From: Candidatus Rokuibacteriota bacterium
Lineage (GTDB): Bacteria; Methylomirabilota; Methylomirabilia; Rokubacteriales; DASRDR01
DNA: 42,746 nucleotides
Direction of reading: 5' to 3'
NCBI GenBank assembly: GCA_044866005.1
Contig: JBIOTN010000090.1
Location: forward strand, 1 to 42,746
Shown here: positions 8,389 through 16,924 of the stretch, piece after piece
How positions within the stretch are numbered: position 1 is the first letter of the stretch
How the letters are laid out: each line of letters opens with the position of its first letter
Made by a program: the position numbers and the translations under genes
Notes under the pieces: model-generated
What the model saw: only the letters and a program-made list of their open reading frames with translations
Database searches by the model: none
What the model was told of the DNA's origin: nothing

Positions 8389-9339
8389 TCAAGCCTGGCA
8401 GTGAGCGAGTCGGGGCGCCACGAGCGCCAGGAGGGCTTGAAAGGCGAGGTGTTCCGTTCGGCCCGTGCTGTCCTGGGACGGTGCGACCTCGACCATGTCG
8501 ATCGCAACGAGCGGGAACCCGGCGAGTCCGTCGCAGACGTCCAGGAACTCCACGGGTGTGAGCCCTCCCACGACGACGCGGTCCCGCGCTGGAGCGAACG
8601 TGGCGTCGGTGACGCGAATGTCGAGAGAGAGATACAGTTGGTCGGACTCGCTCAGCAACTCCTTTGCGACCCTCTGCGCCGTTTCACGTAACCCCAGGCG
8701 CCGCCACTCGGGCAACGGCAGGACGCGCGCCGACTGCGAGCGGGCTTTCAGCCACTCGGCCGCTGGCAGGAGGCCATGCACACCGAGACATGCTGCCCCC
8801 GCCGAGCCCCGGAGCGCGACCAGAAACGAGGATCCCGGGCACAGCCGGCCGTCCGCCCGCTCGTCCTGCAAATCCATGGTGGACGAGAGGCGCAGCAAGG
8901 CGATGCGCTTGCCGGTCGCCTGCGCTATGCCCCGTAGCAGCGGTCCCGTGATGGCTCGGGTGCCGCCGAGGAACATCGTCAGACTGGCCCGGCCTGCGAG
9001 CTGAAAGGCATGGTCGCGGAGGCACTCCTCGACGCGGTCGGAGGCGCTGGCGCGCGGGTCGATGTTTCCAACATCGACAAGCGGAACTTCGTCGGTGAAC
9101 TCCAGGCGGCGTTCGCTCTCGACCTCCACGAGCGCGCCTCTCATGGACGGCAGGTATCGGGTGACAAAGGTCACGCTGGCCTCGCGAATCGCTCGTGGGC
9201 CATCCCATGTCCCGCGCGGTTCCTCGGCAGCATCGAGCGGGACCCCGGTGACCGCAATGACACTCGGCGAGATCATGTCGGGCCCCGCCTGAATGGCCCG
9301 GAGGAAGGTCGCAATGCCGGCAAAGCCGGGATGGAGCAT
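8389..9339 (-). CDS. Ureohydrolase-fold protein with degenerate metal site (pseudo-enzyme)
   Basis: FAGIATFLRA, GPRAIREAS and DMVEVAP..D.TGRT kept; GGTR, LSSTMD and SLDIR replace GGDH, DAHxD and DxD. Confidence 0.87.
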   Translation of the reverse strand: MLHPGFAGIATFLRAIQAGPDMISPSVIAVTGVPLDAAEEPRGTWDGPRAIREASVTFVTRYLPSMRGALVEVESERRLEFTDEVPLVDVGNIDPRASASDRVEECLRDHAFQLAGRASLTMFLGGTRAITGPLLRGIAQATGKRIALLRLSSTMDLQDERADGRLCPGSSFLVALRGSAGAACLGVHGLLPAAEWLKARSQSARVLPLPEWRRLGLRETAQRVAKELLSESDQLYLSLDIRVTDATFAPARDRVVVGGLTPVEFLDVCDGLAGFPLVAIDMVEVAPSQDSTGRTEHLAFQALLALVAPRLAHCQA

Positions 9340-9508
9340 CTCAGGGGATGTTCGCAGTGACGCGAGCGGGCCCCTGCACGGCTGTCATGTTCCGCTCGGC
9401 TACTCGCAATTCCGTGCGGCCGCGCATCAAGCGCCTGCGCCACTCAGGAGCCGGCGGACACACGAGGCCTCGCATCTGCTTCCGACGGCGGTCATGGTGG
9501 GCGGCTCT

Positions 9509-9522
9509 ATGATTCATGTCAA
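9509..9522 (-). promoter_or_regulatory. TTGACATGAA box (-35 / putative GntR operator) upstream of the ureohydrolase operon
   Basis: ttcatgtcaa at 9513-9522 is the reverse complement of TTGACATGAA, which recurs exactly at 10458-10467; overlaps the near-palindrome ATGATTCAT. Confidence 0.55.
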
Positions 9523-9571
9523 GTGAAAAATGATTGCGACCGTGGGCCGTCTTGGCCTAGACTGCGGACTG

Positions 9572-10297
9572 ATGAAACACGCGCAGGGACGTGCGATCGC
9601 TCGGATCGCGCACCAGAATCTGGGGGACCGCGTCTACACCGTCCTTCGCGACCTCGTTCTCACCCAGCTCTTCACCCCGGGTTCTAAGCTCAACATCGAG
9701 CAGCTCTGTCGCGACTTGGGGGTCAGCCGCACACCGGTCTGGGAGGCCATGCACCGCCTCGAGACCGAGGGACTGGTCGAGACCGTTCCCCGTCAAGGCG
9801 TGTACGTGCTCAACTTCAGCGTTCAACGGGTGAATGAACTGTTCGCCGTGCGCGGGGCCCTGGAGGGCCTGGCCGCGCGACTGGCGGCGAGCGGGCTCGC
9901 AGCCGAAGATCGGGCGTCGCTCGCGCGGAACCTCGACGAGCTGGCGGCGGCTTTCCGAGCCGGCGACATCAAGCGCTACTCACAATGCGCGATTGAGCTT
10001 CACACCCGAGTCCTGGGCGCCGCGGGGAACCAGGTCCTGAGTCGTCAGCTCGAGAACGTATACGCGCAGATTCATGTGCTCCGGCTCCGGTCGCTCTACC
10101 TGCCGGAGCGCCTCGAGACGAGTTTCGAAGAGCACAGTCGGATCGTTCGCGCCATCATGAGCGGCGAGCCTGACGAGGCGGAGCAGGTGTCCCGCGGGCA
10201 CGCGGCGCGAGTGCTGGAGGATGCCCTGGGAGTGTTGCGCGCGCGCCAGGGCGAGGCCGGACGCGAGCAACCAGGGGGCAAGCTGACCGAAGCCTGA
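9572..10297 (+). CDS. GntR family (FadR/FCD subfamily) transcriptional regulator
   Basis: HTH LCRDLGVSRTPVWEAMHRLETEGLV; FCD domain ELFAVRGALE...LH...AGNQVL...EEHSRIV; divergent from the ureohydrolases; alternative start 9530. Confidence 0.93.
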   Translation: MKHAQGRAIARIAHQNLGDRVYTVLRDLVLTQLFTPGSKLNIEQLCRDLGVSRTPVWEAMHRLETEGLVETVPRQGVYVLNFSVQRVNELFAVRGALEGLAARLAASGLAAEDRASLARNLDELAAAFRAGDIKRYSQCAIELHTRVLGAAGNQVLSRQLENVYAQIHVLRLRSLYLPERLETSFEEHSRIVRAIMSGEPDEAEQVSRGHAARVLEDALGVLRARQGEAGREQPGGKLTEA

Positions 10298-10457
10298 GGG
10301 TCCAAGGGGCCGCCAAGGCGCCCCACGGGTCGTCGATAGCGCCTTCCGGGACGCGGATTTCGGGAAGATGGCCCAGGGTTAGCCTCCAACCATCCCCGTT
10401 CGCTCCGCCTAGAACCGGCACGGGGCCTGGGATCTGACGGCGGGACCAATTTTCCCG

Positions 10458-10487
10458 TTGACATGAAAGAGCTGACATGAGATATGA
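10458..10487 (+). promoter_or_regulatory. Promoter/operator: TTGACATGAA followed by TGACATGA and GATATGA direct repeats
   Basis: Sequence ttgacatgaaagagctgacatgagatatga, about 225 nt upstream of the aminotransferase start. Confidence 0.55.
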
Positions 10488-10710
10488 AGGCCCCGCGTCA
10501 AGCGTCAGCCGCGGCTGCCAGTTCGCGCGAGGGTCCCCCAACTCGGGAGGGCCATATGGGGCCTCCTCCTTTCCGTATCGAGCAACCCGCTGGACGGGTT
10601 GCCGCCCCGCACCGGCCTGAAAGTCATGGTGAAACGAGAGGCCGACACGGATTGACGCCGCGGTCACCATACCCTTCAAACACGTTCTGCTGAGACGTGA
10701 GGAGGCGGCG

Positions 10711-11994
10711 ATGTCGACAAACGCGGAGCTCGTGAAGCTTGCGTACGAGACGATGCCGGGTGCTTCGCTGGGGACTTTTTCCTTGCCCGAGGGCAACGAG
10801 TTCGTCGTCAAGCGCGGACACGGCCCCCGGGTATACGACGTGGAAGACCGGGCGTTCCTCGATTACGTGCTCGGGTCCGGAGCGATGCTGGTGGGACACG
10901 CTCATCCCGAAGTCGTGGCGGCCGTCAAGAGGCAAATCGAAGGGGGCTCCACCTTTTACGCGCTGAACGAGCCGGCCATCCGCCTCGCGGCCAAAATCCT
11001 GGACGCATGCCCCTGGACGGAGCGCGTCAAGTTCTGTGGCTCCGGGGGTGACGCCACCTTTTACGCGCTCCGATTGGCCCGCGCTGCCACACGGCGGGAC
11101 AAGATCTTGAAGTTCCAGGCGGTCTTCCACGGTCCCCACGACTATGCCCTCATGAGCGTCTGGCCCCGGCAGTCGGAGCCATTCCCGAGACCGGTCCCCG
11201 ATTCGGCCGGGATCCCGGCTGAAGTTCGGAAAGATGTGCTGATCGCGCCGTTCAATGATCTTGCGACGACGTGCCGCATATTGGAAGAACACCGTGACCA
11301 GGTAGCCGCCGTCATGGTCGAACCGATCAATACGGAGCAGATGTGGGAACCGGTTCCGGGGTTCTTGGAGGGCCTCCGTGAGGCGACTCGAAAGTGGGGC
11401 ATGGTGTTGATCTTCGACGAGGTCGTGACCGGGTTCCGGATCGCGCGTGGAGGCGCCCAGGAAGTCTACGGCGTGACGCCCGATCTCGCCTGTTACGGCA
11501 AGGCGCTGGGAGGCGGGTTACCGCTGGCGGCGGTTGCGGGAAAACGCGACCTATTGGAGCTGGCCAATCCTCGTCGGCGCTACACGGCAAGCGACTTCAC
11601 CTTCATGATGGGGACCCTGAACGGAAACGCGCTGTCCGCAGCTGCCGGTTGTGCCACGCTCGAGGTTCTCGAGCGTCAAGGGACATACGAGCGGCTTCGG
11701 GCCGTGGGCGAGAAGTTTCGTTCGGGTCTGGGCGACATCGTCGAGCGGCTCGGTATCCGGGCCGAAGTCCGTGGTTTTGGGCCGTTGGCGAACATCTTTT
11801 TCGCGAGCGATCCATTCGCATCGCGGATCGCCAGTTGGCCGTATGCGCTGATGAAAGCACTCCTCGGACGCGGCATCCTGGCGAACATTCCCGTCAAGAT
11901 GTATTTTTCTCTCGCGCACAGCGACGATGACATCGATCTGACGCTCAAAGCATTTGAGGATGCCATGCAGAGCGTTGATCTTCCTCGGCGTTGA
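10711..11994 (+). CDS. Class III PLP-dependent aminotransferase (glutamate-1-semialdehyde aminomutase-like)
   Basis: RBS GAGGAGG; LIFDEVVTGFR, GVTPDLACYGKALGGGLP (PLP Lys), GTLNGN. Confidence 0.93.
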   Translation: MSTNAELVKLAYETMPGASLGTFSLPEGNEFVVKRGHGPRVYDVEDRAFLDYVLGSGAMLVGHAHPEVVAAVKRQIEGGSTFYALNEPAIRLAAKILDACPWTERVKFCGSGGDATFYALRLARAATRRDKILKFQAVFHGPHDYALMSVWPRQSEPFPRPVPDSAGIPAEVRKDVLIAPFNDLATTCRILEEHRDQVAAVMVEPINTEQMWEPVPGFLEGLREATRKWGMVLIFDEVVTGFRIARGGAQEVYGVTPDLACYGKALGGGLPLAAVAGKRDLLELANPRRRYTASDFTFMMGTLNGNALSAAAGCATLEVLERQGTYERLRAVGEKFRSGLGDIVERLGIRAEVRGFGPLANIFFASDPFASRIASWPYALMKALLGRGILANIPVKMYFSLAHSDDDIDLTLKAFEDAMQSVDLPRR

Positions 11995-12106
11995 GCGCGC
12001 GACGCCAGTTGGCTGACTGCGGCGCGAGAACATCCGTGCCGGACGTGTCACCTTCACCCGCCAACCTCACATGCGAGGCCAAGCACTCGCCAGGAGCAGT
12101 CCCGAT

Positions 12107-12493
12107 ATGGCTCGAAAACAAATCGACGTGCCCGCGCTTCCAAAGCCGCTGGGCCCCTTCAGCTATGGAGTGCAGTCGAACGGGTTCGTGTACGTCTCCG
12201 GGGCACTCGGCGTAGACGAAAACTGGAAGGTCGTAGCACCAAATGATGTAGCCGCCCAAGCCAAAAGGGCGCTAGAGAGCATCAAGACCGTCCTCTCGGC
12301 CGCCCAGGTTCCCCTGACAAAGGTCGTGAAGATGACCGTGTACCTCACAAATAGCGCGGATTACAAGGTCTTCAACGAGGTAAGACGCACGTTCTTTTCC
12401 GAGCCGTATCCGGCAAGTACGGTAGTCGTCGTGAAGGAGTTGGTCGTCAGAGACGCCGTGGTTGAAATCGACGTTATCGCTGAGGCGGCGTGA
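12107..12493 (+). CDS. Rid (YjgF/YER057c/UK114) family protein
   Basis: RBS AGGAG + ATG 12107; PLGPFSYGV..NGFVYVSG, VVKMTVYL, YPAST, VEIDVIA. Confidence 0.92.
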   Translation: MARKQIDVPALPKPLGPFSYGVQSNGFVYVSGALGVDENWKVVAPNDVAAQAKRALESIKTVLSAAQVPLTKVVKMTVYLTNSADYKVFNEVRRTFFSEPYPASTVVVVKELVVRDAVVEIDVIAEAA

Positions 12494-12628
12494 TCGGGGG
12501 TCGTTCCACGGACTGTCCAGGGGAGTATCGACCACGGCCTCTGCTGCGCCTTGGATGCGGCGCGAGCGGGGAACACGATCTGGTCGATGCCCAATAACGG
12601 ACGAGACGCATTCCAAGGAGGAGAGACA

Positions 12629-13471
12629 ATGCGTAAACATGCGGCGTCTGGAATGGCGCTCTTGACTCTGGCGCTGTGGCTGCCGGTTAGCGTGGGTGCG
12701 GGGGTCCTTGATGAGGTCAGCAAGCGCGGGGAAATCGTCCTTGCCACCGAGGCGGCCTATCATCCGTTCGAATTCGTCGAGGGTGGCAAGATCGTGGGGT
12801 ATGGGCAGGATCTGACAGCCCTCGTCATGAAGGATCTCGTGGCGCAAGGCGTGAAGATAAAGCAGCTGGACCTGCCATTTCAAGGACTCCTCCCCGGGTT
12901 GCTCGGAAAGAAGTTCGACATGACGAACAGTGCCATGACGATGACCGTCGAGCGCGCCCAGCGAGTCGCGTTCACCGTGCCGTTTGCGACCTCCACGCCG
13001 TCGGTGGTCGCGCGGAAAGATGACAGCCGTATTCAGAAGGTTGACGACCTGGCAGGCAAGATCGTGGGCGCACAACAGGGCGGCGCGGGCGTGCTGTCGT
13101 TGAGGCGGCTCGACGAGCAGCTAAAGAAGGAGAAGGGCGCCGGCATCAAAGAGGTCAAAGAGTATATCGGGTTCCCCGAACTCTACGCCGACCTCACAAA
13201 CGGTCGGGTCGACGCCGTTCAAAACTCCCTGCCGCTTCTCGCCGTCCTCGTCAAACAGCAGCCGGACAAGTACAAGCTCGTCGGCAGCTACGGCGACACG
13301 ACGTACTTCGGCTGGGCGCTTCGTAAGGAGGACACGGATCTGCTGAAGTACGTCAACGATCGCCTGATCAAACTGAAGCAGGACGGCACGATGAGGGAGC
13401 TTCAGACGAAGTGGTTTGGGATGGTGATGGACACGCCGAACTTCGATTTCAAGCTGCCGGGAGCAAAGTAG
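12629..13471 (+). CDS. Polar amino-acid ABC transporter substrate-binding protein (family 3)
   Basis: RBS AAGGAGG + ATG 12629; signal peptide; TEAAYHPFEF, LLPGLLGKKFD, MTVERAQRVAFT, DLTNGRVDAV. Confidence 0.93.
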   Translation: MRKHAASGMALLTLALWLPVSVGAGVLDEVSKRGEIVLATEAAYHPFEFVEGGKIVGYGQDLTALVMKDLVAQGVKIKQLDLPFQGLLPGLLGKKFDMTNSAMTMTVERAQRVAFTVPFATSTPSVVARKDDSRIQKVDDLAGKIVGAQQGGAGVLSLRRLDEQLKKEKGAGIKEVKEYIGFPELYADLTNGRVDAVQNSLPLLAVLVKQQPDKYKLVGSYGDTTYFGWALRKEDTDLLKYVNDRLIKLKQDGTMRELQTKWFGMVMDTPNFDFKLPGAK

Positions 13472-13647
13472 CACCAAAAGCGCCGCGCCGTCGACTGAGA
13501 ATCGCAGTACGTCTGTGGCCCGCCGGAATCACCTGCGCTGGCTGCCCTGCGCCCGGGATTCGGTCTGCACCGTAGGTCGCCGCTGGTAGCGGCCGGTATC
13601 GGCTCCGTACCCGCTGAGACAGCTCGGCGAGTTGCCCCGGTGAGTCC

Positions 13648-14328
13648 ATGGGTTTCGACGTCACCGTCATTACGCGCGTCCTCCCGCTCCTACTGCGCGG
13701 GACCCGGACGACGCTTCTGGTGTCGGGCCTGGGGTTGGCGCTCGGGTCGTGTATCGGTCTACCGGTCGCGCTCGCGCGCCTCTCCTCCTTTCGAGTGCTC
13801 CGAGCGCCGGCCCTCCTCTATGTGGACTTCATCCGGGGGACACCTCTCCTTGTACAGATCTTCGCCGTGTTTTACGTGCTTCCTTCGATCGGGCTCGAAC
13901 TCACGTCGTTTCAGTCCGCGGTGACCGCCCTGGCGATCAACAGCGGCGCCTACCAGGCGGAAATCTGGCGCGGTGGTATCCAGGCGGTCCCCCGTGGCCA
14001 GTGGGAATCGGCGCGCTCGCTCGGGATGAGCTACGGTCAGTGCCTGTGGCGAATTGTCCTACCTCAGGTGGCATACAACATCCTGCCGGCCTTCACCAAT
14101 GAAGTCTCCACCGTGATCAAAGGATCCTCGCTGGTATCGGTTCTCGCGGTCATCGAGCTCACGCGCGTCGGACAGCAACTCGTGGCGTCGCTTTTCCACC
14201 CCATCGAGATTTACGTGTCGGTCGCTCTCGTCTATCTGACGATACATCTGGTGTTGTCGAATCGGGCCTATTATCTGGAGCGGCGCCTTGGCGTCTACCG
14301 CGAGGCTGGGGTGCGCCGTGGGGTTTGA
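13648..14328 (+). CDS. Polar amino-acid ABC transporter permease
   Basis: YVDFIRGTPLLVQ; AYQAEIWRGGIQAVPRGQWESARSLGMS. Confidence 0.94.
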   Translation: MGFDVTVITRVLPLLLRGTRTTLLVSGLGLALGSCIGLPVALARLSSFRVLRAPALLYVDFIRGTPLLVQIFAVFYVLPSIGLELTSFQSAVTALAINSGAYQAEIWRGGIQAVPRGQWESARSLGMSYGQCLWRIVLPQVAYNILPAFTNEVSTVIKGSSLVSVLAVIELTRVGQQLVASLFHPIEIYVSVALVYLTIHLVLSNRAYYLERRLGVYREAGVRRGV

Positions 14329-14974
14329 CGTCTCGGTGGTCAGCGACTACTGGACTCTCTTCCTCCGCGGGGCCGGCTACACTCTGTATGTCTCTCTTGT
14401 GGCGACTGCCGGCGGATTGGGGCTGGGTCTCCTGGTGGCGCTTGGTCGGCTGTCGCACATTCGGCTCGTGCGCGGTCTGACGCGCGGATACGTCGAAGTC
14501 ATCCGCGGGACTCCGTTACTCGTTCAGGTCTACATCGTGCATTACGGGCTGCCTGACGTCGGGATACGTCTTGCGGCGATGACGTCCGGAATCGTCGCCA
14601 TGACCCTGTACATGGGCGCGTACGCCGGCGAGATACTGCGCGCCGGAATCCTGTCCATGCACCGCGGTCACGTGGAAGCGGCGCGGTCTGTTGGAATGAG
14701 CTACGCCCAGACCCTGAGGCGAATCATCCTCCCGCTCATGGTGTCTCTCGTGCTACCGTCTCTGACGAATGAGTTTACGAACCTGATCAAAGGATCCGCT
14801 GTGATGTCGATCATCACGCTGCCGGAGCTGACGTACTCGACGCAGCGGGTGATCGCGGACACGTTCAGCCCGCTTGAAGCTTTCGTGACGGCGGGGCTGT
14901 TGTATTGGGGGCTGAACGACGTGTTCGTTCACGTCGCCCGTATCTTCGAAAGGCGAGCGGCCCGCTACTCGTGA
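14318..14974 (+). CDS. Polar amino-acid ABC transporter permease
   Basis: GTG 14318 gives MGFDVSVV (parallels the first permease); YVEVIRGTPLLVQ; GHVEAARSVGMS. Confidence 0.93.
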   Translation: MGFDVSVVSDYWTLFLRGAGYTLYVSLVATAGGLGLGLLVALGRLSHIRLVRGLTRGYVEVIRGTPLLVQVYIVHYGLPDVGIRLAAMTSGIVAMTLYMGAYAGEILRAGILSMHRGHVEAARSVGMSYAQTLRRIILPLMVSLVLPSLTNEFTNLIKGSAVMSIITLPELTYSTQRVIADTFSPLEAFVTAGLLYWGLNDVFVHVARIFERRAARYS

Positions 14975-14980
14975 CACAAG

Positions 14981-15775
14981 ATGGCAGCGCCGGGTATGGG
15001 TGAAGGGCCAGTAATTCGAGTGGAGAAGCTTCACAAGTCGTTCGGACACCTGCAGGTCCTACGGGGGATCGACATTGCGGTGAGCAAGGGTGAGGTTGTC
15101 TGCGTCATTGGCCCGAGCGGCTCGGGGAAGAGCACGCTGTTGCGATGCATCAACCTCCTCGAAGAGCCCACGAGCGGGCGCGTATACATTCATGGGCATC
15201 CCATGGGCTACCGTCAGACGAGCTCCGGCGGGTGGGTGCGAGACAGCAGCCGCAGCGTGAGCCGAATGCGGGCAGACATAGGAATCGTGTTTCAGTCGTA
15301 CAACCTCTGGCCGCACAAGACGGCGCTTGGGAACGTGATCGAGGCGCTCCTCGTGGTGCGGAAGATGGAACGCTCGAGGGCCATTGCACTGGGGCTGGAG
15401 GTGCTGCGGAGAGTCGGCCTGGCGGACAAGGCGCACGAATATCCGGCGCGGCTCTCCGGCGGTCAGCAACAGCGGGTGGCGATCGCGCGCGCTCTCGCCA
15501 TGCAACCGAAAATAATGCTGTTCGACGAGGTCACCTCGGCGCTGGACCCCGAGCTGGTGGGTGAAGTTCTCCGAGTCATGCGGGAGCTTGCGAGAGACGG
15601 AATGACGATGTTGGTCGTCACGCACGAGATGGGATTCGCCCGAGAGGTGGCTGATCGCGTGATTTTCATGGATGGCGGCGTCGTGGTCGAGGAAGGTCCG
15701 CCGAGCCAAATCTTCTCCGTGCCCCGGGAGGAGAGGACTCGCCAATTCCTGTCGAGTGTGCTGGACAAGAGGTAG
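14981..15775 (+). CDS. Polar amino-acid ABC transporter ATP-binding protein (GlnQ/HisP-like)
   Basis: [54 protein letters not shown]. Confidence 0.95.
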   Translation: MAAPGMGEGPVIRVEKLHKSFGHLQVLRGIDIAVSKGEVVCVIGPSGSGKSTLLRCINLLEEPTSGRVYIHGHPMGYRQTSSGGWVRDSSRSVSRMRADIGIVFQSYNLWPHKTALGNVIEALLVVRKMERSRAIALGLEVLRRVGLADKAHEYPARLSGGQQQRVAIARALAMQPKIMLFDEVTSALDPELVGEVLRVMRELARDGMTMLVVTHEMGFAREVADRVIFMDGGVVVEEGPPSQIFSVPREERTRQFLSSVLDKR

Positions 15776-15935
15776 GCCGCCGTGAGCCATGGCGTCGGGG
15801 ACGAGCGCCTCTCGGCTCGGGGAGCGTTAGACCGTCGATGAGCTCGGAGACGCCTCCTCAGTCCTGCCGGAGGCCATCGGGAACTGCGTCAATACCGCCG
15901 GCGATGGCATGAACCCATCACCGAGGGCGCCGCCG

Positions 15936-16895
15936 CTAGCCGTGGAACGTCGGGCGGCCCTCCTCCCGGTTCCAGAGGCGGATCAGGTGGCGCTTCCGGT
16001 GCGGCTCGGCGGCGTCCTGGAATGCGGTGCGGCTGTGGGCGAAGTGCCGGTTGTCGAGGTACTGGAGCTGCCCCGTCTCGATCCGAAGCTCGACGGACAG
16101 CTCGGGCGACTCGGCGATGGCGCGCATGGCGGCCAGGGCCTCGCGCCCTTCGGGATCGAGCGACGCGCCGCCGAGCGCCTCGCCGCTCGCGATGAGGGCG
16201 TCGTTGTACCGGGCGAGGACGTCATCGCCATCGCGCTGGAACACCGGCTGCCAGGCGACCCGCTCGTCATCCGGGGCGTGCTCCGCCTGCCGGTCCCAGG
16301 GGAAGGGGCGATAGAGCCGCGGGAGCAGGTGGGGGCAGCGCCGCCGGAGCTCGTCGTGGACCGTGACGAGGCTCAGGAAGCGGCTCAGGCCGCCTTCGCG
16401 GGCCGGGGTCAGGCAGAGCAGTCCCACGAGCTCCGGCGGGAGCGACAGCCACGGCGCGTCGGTGTGGAACGACAGCTCGAGGTTCGTCACCGAGCGCCGC
16501 ACTCCGTACTCGAGCGCCTTCCCCGTGTCGCGGACGTCGTAGATCATGGTGCCGTCCCACTTCTGGGCCACCGGCCGTCCCAGGAGGCAGCCCAGCAGCC
16601 AGTGGATCGCGCGGTTCTCGTCCGCGGAGAAGCGCTCCACCGGGATGCGGTCGATCACGGCGAGGCCGACGCCCTCGCGGAGCTTCCGGCTCACCGTGCC
16701 CATGACCTCGGCGCAGGCGCCGAGGGTGAAGTGCGCCGGCGAGAGGAGCAGGAGCGGGAGCGGGTCGCGCCGGAGCCGGCGCACCGCTTCCTCCAGCTCC
16801 GCGACGGCGGCGTCGGGAAAGGGCACCAGCCAGTCGGCCGACGAGATGCTGCCGCGAGTCCAGGCGCGCTGGTCATGGACTTCGGGGAGGTGCAT
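15936..16895 (-). CDS. Fe(II)/2-oxoglutarate dioxygenase, TauD/TfdA clan
   Basis: Start MHLPEVHD at ATG 16895; FHTD ... DNRHFAHSR ... RHLIRLW facial triad and 2OG-binding Arg; lies downstream of the tau transporter. Confidence 0.88.
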   Translation of the reverse strand: MHLPEVHDQRAWTRGSISSADWLVPFPDAAVAELEEAVRRLRRDPLPLLLLSPAHFTLGACAEVMGTVSRKLREGVGLAVIDRIPVERFSADENRAIHWLLGCLLGRPVAQKWDGTMIYDVRDTGKALEYGVRRSVTNLELSFHTDAPWLSLPPELVGLLCLTPAREGGLSRFLSLVTVHDELRRRCPHLLPRLYRPFPWDRQAEHAPDDERVAWQPVFQRDGDDVLARYNDALIASGEALGGASLDPEGREALAAMRAIAESPELSVELRIETGQLQYLDNRHFAHSRTAFQDAAEPHRKRHLIRLWNREEGRPTFHG

Positions 16896-16924
16896 AGGCC
16901 GTCCCGTGCGATCGAACACGTTCG

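Noticed and set aside
7395..9339. The two degenerate ureohydrolases as simple pseudogenes
   Set aside because: Both are full-length, uninterrupted and tightly coupled, and the losses are concentrated at metal ligands; not excluded without dN/dS.
9340..9510. Guanidine riboswitch ahead of the ureohydrolases
   Set aside because: No paired ACGR-loop hairpins or other guanidine riboswitch consensus could be seen by eye; an Rfam scan would be decisive.
10711..11994. Calling the aminotransferase hemL
   Set aside because: HemL signature positions diverge (SGGDAT vs SGTEA; FHGPHD) and there is no tetrapyrrole gene context.
6391..16895. Clavam-like biosynthetic cluster (amidinohydrolase + clavaminate-synthase-like dioxygenase)
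   Set aside because: The dioxygenase belongs to the convergent, higher-GC tau operon, and there is no carboxyethylarginine synthase or beta-lactam synthetase.
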